34,103 nucleotides of DNA from Candidatus Bathyarchaeum sp. (GTDB lineage: Archaea; Thermoproteota; Bathyarchaeia; Bathyarchaeales; Bathyarchaeaceae), in the NCBI GenBank assembly GCA_026014495.1, contig JAOZIF010000108.1, forward strand, positions 1 through 34,103, given 5' to 3'. The position numbers and the translations under genes were made by a program. How positions within the stretch are numbered: position 1 is the first letter of the stretch; each line of letters opens with the position of its first letter. The notes beneath the pieces were generated by a model, which saw nothing but the letters and a program-made list of their open reading frames with translations, did no database searches and was not told the origin of the DNA. Below, piece by piece: positions 9,033-18,164 of this stretch.

Positions 9033-10403
9033 TTAAATCTGGAACGTACGCAGTTCCTCTTTATAGATAGAGTTTACACTGTTCCGCATTTCTTTAGGCA
9101 CAGACATCGACGTATGTAACGTACAAAAAGTCTTGTACAACTCTTCTTCCCGCTCTTTTGCTTCCTGAATCAGCGGGCTTGCCTTAAACTCATCAATCAG
9201 CCCGCCCTTAGCGCCCTTCTTGGCTGCAAGATAGAACGCAAAAAGCTGCTCGTCCCTACCCACCTTCGTGTGTGCATACGTCATTGTAATTGATTTGCCT
9301 CCAAATAACGTAAAAAACGGTTTACACCAAGACTCCAGCATGTTCACTCGTAAACCAATCTTTTTCGGGTCAATTCCGCTTCCAACACACATCAAATACA
9401 TTTTCGCGCAGATACTACAGTTGTGGCACCAGTGATAGTCTCGCCCTGCCTCTGTTTCAGTGAAACAACTCATCTGATACTTTGCAATATCTGGGTACCT
9501 GTGTGCCAGAATGTACTGAATCATCATATCCATGAGCGGCTCTATCACGCTTCCAGTATGTACCGAGCGCCCCGAAAACGTCTGCGTAATCTGGTCAATA
9601 TGCACAGTCCAGCGATGCGATTGATCATAGCAAGGATGAACCGTCCATCTGCCCTCAGAGTCCATGTAAGTTGAAGCGGCGGTTTGCTCATTACCAAACA
9701 GCAGATATTTTGCTTTAAGAGCATACGCGAACGGAATCAGTTCCAGCGCATACTCGGTTGTTTGTAGTCCCCAGCCCATTTCAGTGAAGGGCACTCCCAA
9801 ATGTGGGTAGTCGCGGAACTTTCCTGTTTCATGCTTGAGTATGTTGAGTTGTTTGCCGAATTCGTCTTTGAAGCGCCTTGCCAACTCTGTTTTGTGTTTC
9901 TGCTCATATGTCATGCTCTGTTCTATTACATAGACCATTTCGGGGTCTAGACCAATTTCGTCTGCTACTGCGTAGGTGAGTAGGCTATCTTTTCCGAAGC
10001 TTAATCCAACAAGGGCACCGTGCGGCGAATCCACAGGTTGACTTGAAGGATACGCTATTTCAGGGTCTGAAAACTGGTAATCTACGTTAAAGAATTTGCG
10101 AACAGCATCATCAGTGCTGGTTCTATCAACTTCTGTGCAGGATGGTATGTCTTTGAGGAAGTTTTGGACAAAATAGGGCTCCAGTAATGGGCACCCCGAA
10201 TGGTAAACGATGCTTGACGAATCGAATATAAGTGGCAAGTGCATTGTGGTGGCAAGCGCAAGATTATCTTTTAGTGCCTTTTGGGTCTCTTTGGGTGTTG
10301 CCTCCCAAACAGTTGATGGATACTTTATTGGGTAAGGCATGTCCCGAAAACCAAGTTCCACTCCAACATCAGTAACTTTCGAGTAGATGTGCAGTTGATT
10401 CAT
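9033..10403 (-). CDS. PP-loop (HUP) ATP-dependent enzyme resembling MurL glycopeptidyl-glutamate epimerase
   Basis: GLSFGKDSLL PP-loop, then GNEQTAAS...SVIEPL...SCF...WCHNCSICAK. Order and spacing parallel MurL (SGGKDS / SNERSAS / SLLRPL / SCN..WCGxCPKC, from recall). Length about 456 aa. Start at ATG 10403 preferred over GTG 10448 because a hairpin and TATA-like TTATTAA lie between them. Confidence 0.6.
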   Translation of the reverse strand: MNQLHIYSKVTDVGVELGFRDMPYPIKYPSTVWEATPKETQKALKDNLALATTMHLPLIFDSSSIVYHSGCPLLEPYFVQNFLKDIPSCTEVDRTSTDDAVRKFFNVDYQFSDPEIAYPSSQPVDSPHGALVGLSFGKDSLLTYAVADEIGLDPEMVYVIEQSMTYEQKHKTELARRFKDEFGKQLNILKHETGKFRDYPHLGVPFTEMGWGLQTTEYALELIPFAYALKAKYLLFGNEQTAASTYMDSEGRWTVHPCYDQSHRWTVHIDQITQTFSGRSVHTGSVIEPLMDMMIQYILAHRYPDIAKYQMSCFTETEAGRDYHWCHNCSICAKMYLMCVGSGIDPKKIGLRVNMLESWCKPFFTLFGGKSITMTYAHTKVGRDEQLFAFYLAAKKGAKGGLIDEFKASPLIQEAKEREEELYKTFCTLHTSMSVPKEMRNSVNSIYKEELRTFQI

Positions 10404-10434
10404 AACAAAAATAAGTTGAAGAAACCCCATTAAT

Positions 10435-10452
10435 AACTGTGTGTTCACAGTT
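10435..10452 (-). terminator. Hairpin directly after the desulforedoxin stop codon
   Basis: AACTGTG-N4-CACAGTT perfect 7-bp stem adjacent to the stop codon. Confidence 0.45.
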
Positions 10453-10575
10453 TTACTCTTCGTCTGTTAGCTCCATTGGTTGTCCACAGCAGACAAGGAC
10501 TCCGGCGCCAGGCGAGATGACCTTAACAATGTTGCCGCAGATTTTGCATGCATAAACGTCTCCCATTTCTGTCAT
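10453..10575 (-). CDS. Desulforedoxin-like small FeCys4 protein (40 aa; absent from ORF track)
   Basis: Hand translation: MTEMGDVYACKICGNIVKVISPGAGVLVCCGQPMELTDEE*, giving CxxC...CC with the typical Y-x-C-x-x-C-G-N and L-x-CCGQPM pattern. GGAGGTGA RBS lies 4 nt upstream. Confidence 0.92.
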   Translation of the reverse strand: MTEMGDVYACKICGNIVKVISPGAGVLVCCGQPMELTDEE

Positions 10576-10612
10576 AACTTCACCTCCGTTTTTTCTATTG
10601 GAAGCTTTTGTT

Positions 10613-11785
10613 CTACAGTTCTGTTGACGGAAACTCTATTCTCCGCAAATACTTTTTGGCATACTCTGGCTCATGAGCAAGCTCTTGGCTTCTTAACAGT
10701 TGCCTCTCAAGCCGACCCAATGCTGTGCGAAACGTTGCTTCAACTCCATAGCCTTCGTTGGAACTGAAAAATGAGCCTCTTCTTGTCCTAAACTGGAGCC
10801 TACAATGAATCAACTGCTCGCCCTTGTAGTTTGTTCCATGTGTTTTCATATACACGAAAAGTGCGCCTTCTTCCAGTGTCTTTTGATATTTACGCGAGAA
10901 GACTTCAAACTCGTTCATTATGACTCCGCGTTGAATATCTTGTATTTCTACGCCTTTGACTGAAAACTGGATTGTTATCCGCTGTTTTGGCATTTCCATT
11001 TCTGCTAGTGGCTCAAGAATGTCTCTTTTTGTCAGAATGCCTGCTGGTCTTCCTTTACTGATTATGACTAGAGAAGAAATTCTGAATTTCTTCATCTTTT
11101 CCACAGCATCCTTTAGCGTATTTTCAGGCAAAACCGTGATTACAGGCTTTGTCATTATGCCCTTGGCTGGAATGCTTAGAACTGGAGCTTTCTGTCCCGA
11201 AATGTCGCCTACTGTTTGACGGTGTCTTGGCTGAAAAATACTTGTAATGATGTTTTGTATGCTTACCATTCCAACAAGGTTGCCGTCTCTAACCACTGGT
11301 GCATGAGAGATTCCATGCTCCCTAAACAGGCTCAAAACTGCTCCCACAGACTCATCTTCCTCTACAAGAAACGGCTTTTTGGTCATCACATCCTCAACTT
11401 TGGTGTTGCCCCAATTTCCAACCACTGCCCCCTGAATAACAGCTTCATCAGTAACGATTCCAGCAAGCTTCTCTTTGTTGAAAACCGGAAGCTGACTAAT
11501 TCCACTGGTTATCATCAGCTTTGCCACCTTACTGAGGCTATCTTCTAGTGATACTGTGGGCGCTGAACGCATCAAACTCTCCACTTTGGTTGTGGCGGGG
11601 TTATAACGTGACCTGACTATCCATCTGTGAGCAATTACGCCCGCATATTTTCCTTTTTTATTGAACACAATCAAAACTGGCGTCGATTCTTCTTTTAGTA
11701 TAGAGAGACATGCAGAAAGCGTGTCGTCTTTGCTGACGCTCTTAAACGTGGCTGAAAAAACATCTTTCACTATGTTTGAAACCAT
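10613..11785 (-). CDS. Four-CBS-domain protein with C-terminal HPF/RaiA-like domain (probable archaeal ribosome hibernation factor, HibA-like)
   Basis: Two CBS pairs (e.g. ISQLPVFNKEKLAGIVT; ISHAPVVRDGNLVGMVS; ISSLVIISKGRPAGILTKRD). The C-terminal ~100 aa (ITIQFSVKGVEI...EGYGVEATFRTALGRLERQL) resembles the HPF pattern ...MYAAIDLAVDKLERQL. Confidence 0.75.
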   Translation of the reverse strand: MVSNIVKDVFSATFKSVSKDDTLSACLSILKEESTPVLIVFNKKGKYAGVIAHRWIVRSRYNPATTKVESLMRSAPTVSLEDSLSKVAKLMITSGISQLPVFNKEKLAGIVTDEAVIQGAVVGNWGNTKVEDVMTKKPFLVEEDESVGAVLSLFREHGISHAPVVRDGNLVGMVSIQNIITSIFQPRHRQTVGDISGQKAPVLSIPAKGIMTKPVITVLPENTLKDAVEKMKKFRISSLVIISKGRPAGILTKRDILEPLAEMEMPKQRITIQFSVKGVEIQDIQRGVIMNEFEVFSRKYQKTLEEGALFVYMKTHGTNYKGEQLIHCRLQFRTRRGSFFSSNEGYGVEATFRTALGRLERQLLRSQELAHEPEYAKKYLRRIEFPSTEL

Positions 11786-11902
11786 ACTTCATTCTCCAAA
11801 CTGTCCATTTTTACAAAAAACGATTCTCACGTACATTACTACGCCTTGAACAGTCTTTAACATTTTGCTTATGCCCTACACAAGCCGCATTACCTGTTTC
11901 AG

Positions 11903-12865
<963 letters not shown>

Positions 12866-13476
12866 TTAATCTATGCATTGCTGATCAAGCTATTTGTGGT
12901 TAGAACAGCTGAAAACATAATTGGTTCTACACGTCCCTATCTTAGAGTGTATCTGCTGTTTACCCCAAATATATCTGGTTCTGCATACGTAAATCCCTGT
13001 TCAAGACACAATCTCACGGTACATCATCAAAATTTGATCTTTAGGGCTGTGTGGTACAGGTTTTTTGGTGAAAACACTTCAATCCTGTGATTTTAAATTA
13101 AGATCTATTTTCACGGTTATTAATCTGAATTTAATCTAGATAAAAATAAAATAGTTGATGAAATAAGAATATATGTGGTGTGTAGTAGGGGAGATTTAAC
13201 TCCTTTCTCTCTCTGGAATTTTACTTCCCTTCTACATACCACAACTTCTAACTAACACGACTTAAGCCTTCTGGAACTTGCTTCTAGAACAATTTTCTAT
13301 TGAACTAATCAACATTAGTTGCTGTATTACGTATGACAGCCTCAATTATGACTGGAAAAACTCTCCACTTGTTAAAACTACGCCCTTAAACTAATTGGCA
13401 TTATTGCTAACGAGTCTTTTACTAAGTCTTGACTAAACTAGCCCAAAAACAGTTCCTTATTTAGCACGACTTCCTT

Positions 13477-14541
13477 TCATCCTATTATTGACTCAGCGGT
13501 CATGTTGAGCACAATCTCTGCTATGTCCATGGCGTACTCTGCGATTCTTCTAACACTTTCAATGACTAATCTAATGTTAGCTATTTCTGCTATGTCGGTT
13601 TCTTTCAAAGTTGTCAATACTTTTTTCTCTAAATTGCTTATTTTGTTGGCTTTTGCTATAACACTTTCTGCTAAGCCAAAATCACGTTTGAACAAAGATT
13701 CTATAGCCGTTTCGAAAGTAAAAAGTGCAACTTCATTCATTTCCTGAAGTGCACTTAGAAAGTCATTACTTAGCTTGTTCTTTAGGAGAAGCACATTTTT
13801 TGCTATGTTTGTGGCGTGGTCTGCTGTTCTTTCCACCATCTTCGTTATGAGTCTATAGCCTAGGCAATCATTTGGCTTTTGCAAACCTATCTCAGTTATT
13901 ATTCGGGGGTTCTGAATCGCCATCTTTAACTGCCGTATTATGTACAAATGAAACCTGTTAACCTCATAGTCTGTGGCTCGGACATCACTTGCTAGCTGGT
14001 AATCAATGTTCTTGAGGGCAGCTATTGCGTCTTTGTGCATAGACGCTGTTATGATGGTCATTCGCCGCAAGGCGCTTGGAACAGATAATTCAGGGTAACT
14101 TAGTAAAACTTGTAATGTCAAATCTTTGGAGGTGTCAGTTACTATTTCTGTTCCAACCAACATGTTTCTGGCAAAAGTTTTGATTGCGTTTCTTTGAGTT
14201 GAAGAAACTTCTTTTTGGTCTTTTGTTCTTATGTGAATTATGTTGTAGCCCAGCAAATACACAGAAACTGTTTTTCTTATTAGTGCCTCAGAGCTATCTT
14301 CTGGAGAGACTTTAATTACTGCCTCCTCATTTTTTTCTGTTTTTCCAATTTCTGGAGGCAAAACTGCTAAGGCACCGTTTTCTTCCTGTCTGATAAGTAA
14401 TGAGCTACCTTTTTCAAGCCCGTTTTGGGTTACCCATTTTTTTGGTAATGAAATTACGTATGTGGATCCTCCTGTTATCTGAAGTTTCCTTGTTTCTTCA
14501 TTTTGGCTATGTTGAGAATGAGTCAATTCTAAACCCCTCAT
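13477..14541 (-). CDS. Phosphate-uptake regulator: N-terminal AbrB/MazE DNA-binding domain plus PhoU domains
   Basis: RKLQITGGSTYVISLPKKWV (AbrB-like) and two PhoU-type repeats (ERTADHATNIA; RRIAEYAMDIAE). Start at ATG 14541 or TTG 14526; divergent from pstS. Confidence 0.9.
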   Translation of the reverse strand: MRGLELTHSQHSQNEETRKLQITGGSTYVISLPKKWVTQNGLEKGSSLLIRQEENGALAVLPPEIGKTEKNEEAVIKVSPEDSSEALIRKTVSVYLLGYNIIHIRTKDQKEVSSTQRNAIKTFARNMLVGTEIVTDTSKDLTLQVLLSYPELSVPSALRRMTIITASMHKDAIAALKNIDYQLASDVRATDYEVNRFHLYIIRQLKMAIQNPRIITEIGLQKPNDCLGYRLITKMVERTADHATNIAKNVLLLKNKLSNDFLSALQEMNEVALFTFETAIESLFKRDFGLAESVIAKANKISNLEKKVLTTLKETDIAEIANIRLVIESVRRIAEYAMDIAEIVLNMTAESIIG

Positions 14542-14553
14542 AGATTCAAAGTG

Positions 14554-14612
14554 ATGTGTACACATGTATTTTTCCTATATAGTTTATATATATTATGTAG
14601 AAAAACTATATA
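14554..14612. promoter_or_regulatory. Divergent promoter region between the AbrB-PhoU regulator and pstS
   Basis: Perfect inverted repeat TATATAGTTT (14576-14585) / AAACTATATA (14603-14612), plus the palindrome ATGTGTACACAT (14554-14565). Confidence 0.5.
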
Positions 14613-14655
14613 CCATTTGCCTGCAGTTTTGCTAACAAAAACAAAGGTGAAAGAT

Positions 14656-15600
14656 TTGATTGGAAAATCAAACAAAGGAATATCGACAACGATTGCACTC
14701 TTAGGCATGATAGCGCTTCTTGTAGTTGGACTGGGCATTGGATCCGTCCTAAATTCAGGATCAAGCGAAACTTCTGGTGATGAATTCTCCAAAGACAGTG
14801 AATGGAGAACTGAAACCGTCAATCTTGCTGGTTCCACAACTGTTCTCCCTGTGGCTAACGCAAGCGCAATAGCATTTATGAATATGTACACTGGTACTAC
14901 CGTGACTGTTCAAGGTGGGGGATCAGGAACGGGTTATGCTTCAGCAATAGACGGTACAGTTGACATTGGAATGGCTTCCAGAGGTCCTAAACAAAAAGAA
15001 ATTGACGCAGGAACTCTTTGGTTACATCCACTTGCGCTTGACGCAGTATGTGTTGTGGTCAACCCCTCAGTAGGTAGCAATGTTGAGCTAACCTTAGAGG
15101 AAGTTGCAAAAATTTTTGCTGGAGTATATACAAACTGGAATGAAGTTGACTCCAGTTTACCTGATGCAGAAATTTATGTTGTTGTTAGGGAATCTGGCTC
15201 TGGAACCAGAGGCACCTTCGAGGAGTACACAATAGACGAATATGAACTGACAATTGATAGCACACTTGTTCATGAACAATCAAGCAATCCTGCAGTAAGA
15301 ACAGCAGTAAAAGACACCGACTACTCAATAGGTTACGTTGGCTTTGGATTCTTAACTGATGATATAGTTGCTGTGTCCTTAGCTGAAGAAGAAGGTTCAG
15401 ACTATGTTGCTGCAACTTTAGAAAACATTCAAAACGGCAGTTACCCAATCTCTCGACTACTCTACTTTGTAACAAGTAGCCCTGTTGAAAGTGGATCATT
15501 AGTTGACAGATTCATATCGTTTGTTCTTAGTGAAGAAGGACAAGACATCGTAGAAAACCAAGGATTCCTTAGACTCCCAGCAAGCTATAACTACCCATAA
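14656..15600 (+). CDS. pstS: Phosphate ABC transporter substrate-binding protein
   Basis: AGSTTVLP, GGGSGTG, DIGMASR, RESGSGTRGTF and YPISRLLY, with an N-terminal hydrophobic anchor. Start set at TTG 14656 after AGGTGA. Confidence 0.95.
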   Translation: MIGKSNKGISTTIALLGMIALLVVGLGIGSVLNSGSSETSGDEFSKDSEWRTETVNLAGSTTVLPVANASAIAFMNMYTGTTVTVQGGGSGTGYASAIDGTVDIGMASRGPKQKEIDAGTLWLHPLALDAVCVVVNPSVGSNVELTLEEVAKIFAGVYTNWNEVDSSLPDAEIYVVVRESGSGTRGTFEEYTIDEYELTIDSTLVHEQSSNPAVRTAVKDTDYSIGYVGFGFLTDDIVAVSLAEEEGSDYVAATLENIQNGSYPISRLLYFVTSSPVESGSLVDRFISFVLSEEGQDIVENQGFLRLPASYNYP

Positions 15601-15638
15601 ACGCCTAAACAGCCAAAAAATGAAACACAGGAATTCAA

Positions 15639-16541
15639 ATGAATATGAGCAACAAAACGCTCAACAAAATCTCTTCCTTTTTTCTTAATTTAAAGTCTCA
15701 ACCAATGACGGTTGTTCTTTTTCTTTGTGCTTCATTTTCAGTTATTATTCTATTTTTAATGCTCTTTTTTGTAGCCCGAGAGGGAGCGTTAGCGTTTTCT
15801 CAGTTTGGTTCAGACCTATTTTTTGGTATGCAGTGGGACCTTGAGTCAAACTTGTTTGGAGGTTTTCCTCTATTATACGGTTCACTTATGGTCACGTTCG
15901 GCGCTTTAATTATCGCAATCCCAGTTGGCGTCTGCACCGCCATATTTGTCTCAGAAGTCCTGCCTTTTTACCTAAGGGACCCGATAAAGTCAATTATAGA
16001 ACTTTTAGCCTCTATCCCCTCAGTAATCTACGGATTCATAGGCTTACTAGTTGTAGTTCCATTTATCGCCTCTACTTTCGGAATAGTTTCTGGACAAACT
16101 GCTCTTACATCCTCTCTGATTTTATCAATCATGACAATTCCCACCATAGTAAGCGTCTCTGGTGAAATAATTTCAGCTGTACCCAAAAATTACAAAGAAG
16201 CTGCTCTTGGTCTTGGTGCAACCAAATGGGAAACAATCAAAAGTGTTGTGCTACCAATCTCAAAGTCTGGTATCTTAGCGAGTATAATGTTGGGTTTTGG
16301 GCGCGCTGTTGGAGAAACCATTGCTGTGTCAATGATTTCTGGAAACCAAGCGCATGTTGCATCAAGTTACTTAGATGCGGTGTACACAATTCCCTCCTTT
16401 ATTGCTATCCATATGGGTGAAGCTCCAGTAGGCAGCGTAGAATATAGCGCCCTTTTTGGGTTGGGCCTCATACTGCTCATCATAACCTTCATTGTAAACA
16501 CGCTAGCTGACATCGTTGTAAAGAGAGGTGTTCAACCATAG
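15639..16541 (+). CDS. pstC: Phosphate ABC transporter permease
   Basis: [26 protein letters not shown], and GRAVGETIAVSM. Confidence 0.95.
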   Translation: MNMSNKTLNKISSFFLNLKSQPMTVVLFLCASFSVIILFLMLFFVAREGALAFSQFGSDLFFGMQWDLESNLFGGFPLLYGSLMVTFGALIIAIPVGVCTAIFVSEVLPFYLRDPIKSIIELLASIPSVIYGFIGLLVVVPFIASTFGIVSGQTALTSSLILSIMTIPTIVSVSGEIISAVPKNYKEAALGLGATKWETIKSVVLPISKSGILASIMLGFGRAVGETIAVSMISGNQAHVASSYLDAVYTIPSFIAIHMGEAPVGSVEYSALFGLGLILLIITFIVNTLADIVVKRGVQP

Positions 16542-17371
16542 CAAGCCCAACTAAAGAACGAATACTCTTCTTTGCCCTAGGTGTGCCTATGGTGTTTTGT
16601 TTGCTGGCTTTCTTCTTGATTGCAGTAACCCTCTTTACGGGAATTGGAACCCTGAATGTGGATGTTTTCACCAAAAGTGCTCTTCAGGGTGGAGCATTGG
16701 AAATGATTGTGGGAACCGTTTACTTGTTCTTGGGTGCAGCTGCAATTGCGGGGCCAATCGGCGTTTTCACAGCAATCTATCTTGTAGAGTATGCACCCAG
16801 CGGAAAAGTAACACGGATTATTGACCAAGCCATCAACAATTTAGCTGGGGTCCCATCAATAATTATTGGTTTATTTGGTTATACTTTTTTCAGCAGGCAA
16901 CTTGGGTTCGGAATCTCTCTTATGTCTGGTTGGTTAACGCTTTCTTTGATGATTCTTCCCATTGTTATAAGAGGCTCTGAAGAGGCTATTCGAATTGTTC
17001 CACAAGGCTTCAAACAAGCTGCGTTGGGATTGGGTGCAACTAAATGGAAAGCGATTAGCCTGACAACTTTGATTGCCGCAGCGCCTGGAATAGTAACAAG
17101 CGTAATTTTGGGGATTGCCAGAGTTGCAGGAGAAACCGCGGCTATACTTTTCACTTCTTCAGTTATAATAACTAGAGGTTTGCCTGAATCACCGTTTGAG
17201 CCTGTGATGGCGCTTTCCTATAACATATACGTTAAAATAGTTGCTCAGGGAACGGAACCCGAGCGAGTTTTTGGAATAGCATTAATTCTCTTTTTGATTG
17301 TTGTTACTTTTTCGCTTGTGGCAATAATACTTAGAATCTATTACAGGAGAAAACAACCATGGCTAAGTTAA
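16538..17371 (+). CDS. pstA: Phosphate ABC transporter permease
   Basis: [24 protein letters not shown], and [11 protein letters not shown]. Start uncertain: ATA 16538 overlapping the pstC stop, GTG 16583, or ATG 16589. Confidence 0.93.
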   Translation: MASPTKERILFFALGVPMVFCLLAFFLIAVTLFTGIGTLNVDVFTKSALQGGALEMIVGTVYLFLGAAAIAGPIGVFTAIYLVEYAPSGKVTRIIDQAINNLAGVPSIIIGLFGYTFFSRQLGFGISLMSGWLTLSLMILPIVIRGSEEAIRIVPQGFKQAALGLGATKWKAISLTTLIAAAPGIVTSVILGIARVAGETAAILFTSSVIITRGLPESPFEPVMALSYNIYVKIVAQGTEPERVFGIALILFLIVVTFSLVAIILRIYYRRKQPWLS

Positions 17372-17393
17372 ACAGAAAACAGGTGATTGCTAT

Positions 17394-18155
17394 TTGAGTC
17401 AAGATGACAAGATAGACATCAGGCAACTAAACATCTGGTTCGGAGAAAAACACGTTATTCGAGGCGTTGACCTGAAAATCAAGGCAAATGCGGTGACTGC
17501 TATTATGGGTCCCTCAGGTTGTGGCAAGTCAACAATGCTCAGGGCATTCAATCGGATGAATGATGTGATTAAATCCAGTAAAACAACCGGTGACATATTC
17601 ATTGGTGGAAAAAACATCTACGACAACAATACTAATGTCTATGACCTACGAAGACAAGTTGGAATGGTGTTCCAAAAACCAAACCCATTACCTAAATCAA
17701 TATACGAAAACGTTGCGTTTGGTCCAAAAATCCACAAAATGGCAAAAGGCAAAGACCTTGACAAAATCGTGGAAAAAAGCTTGAGGGCAGCTGCACTATG
17801 GGATGAGGTCAATGATCGACTTAATGATAGCGCTTTTGACCTTTCTGGTGGACAGCAACAGCGTTTGTGCATTGCTCGGGCATTGGCAGTCGACCCCGAA
17901 GTTATCCTAATGGATGAACCTTGTAGCGCTTTGGACCCTGCTGCGACAGCAAAAATTGAACAACTCATAAGAATTCTCTCTACCGATTATACTGTTGTGA
18001 TAGTCACGCACAATATGCAGCAAGCCTCAAGAGTGTCCGACTACACTGTTTTCTTGTATCTGGGGAAGGTAATAGAAAAGGGTGGAACGAAGGCTATCTT
18101 TGAGAATCCACAGCACGAGTTAACTGAACAATATATCACTGGAGAATTTGGTTAG
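17394..18155 (+). CDS. pstB: Phosphate ABC transporter ATP-binding protein
   Basis: Walker [19 protein letters not shown], signature LSGGQQQRL, Walker [13 protein letters not shown]. Confidence 0.97.
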   Translation: MSQDDKIDIRQLNIWFGEKHVIRGVDLKIKANAVTAIMGPSGCGKSTMLRAFNRMNDVIKSSKTTGDIFIGGKNIYDNNTNVYDLRRQVGMVFQKPNPLPKSIYENVAFGPKIHKMAKGKDLDKIVEKSLRAAALWDEVNDRLNDSAFDLSGGQQQRLCIARALAVDPEVILMDEPCSALDPAATAKIEQLIRILSTDYTVVIVTHNMQQASRVSDYTVFLYLGKVIEKGGTKAIFENPQHELTEQYITGEFG

Positions 18156-18164
18156 GTGAAAAAA

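Noticed and set aside
9033-10403. QueC (7-cyano-7-deazaguanine synthase) call
   Set aside because: The protein is twice the size of QueC, has an extra N-terminal domain, and has no queD/queE neighbours.
7984-10403. Evidence of true peptidoglycan synthesis
   Set aside because: No MurA-G, MraY or PBP genes are in the window and the ligase lacks the Ddl D-Ala motif; only a shared enzyme ancestry can be argued.
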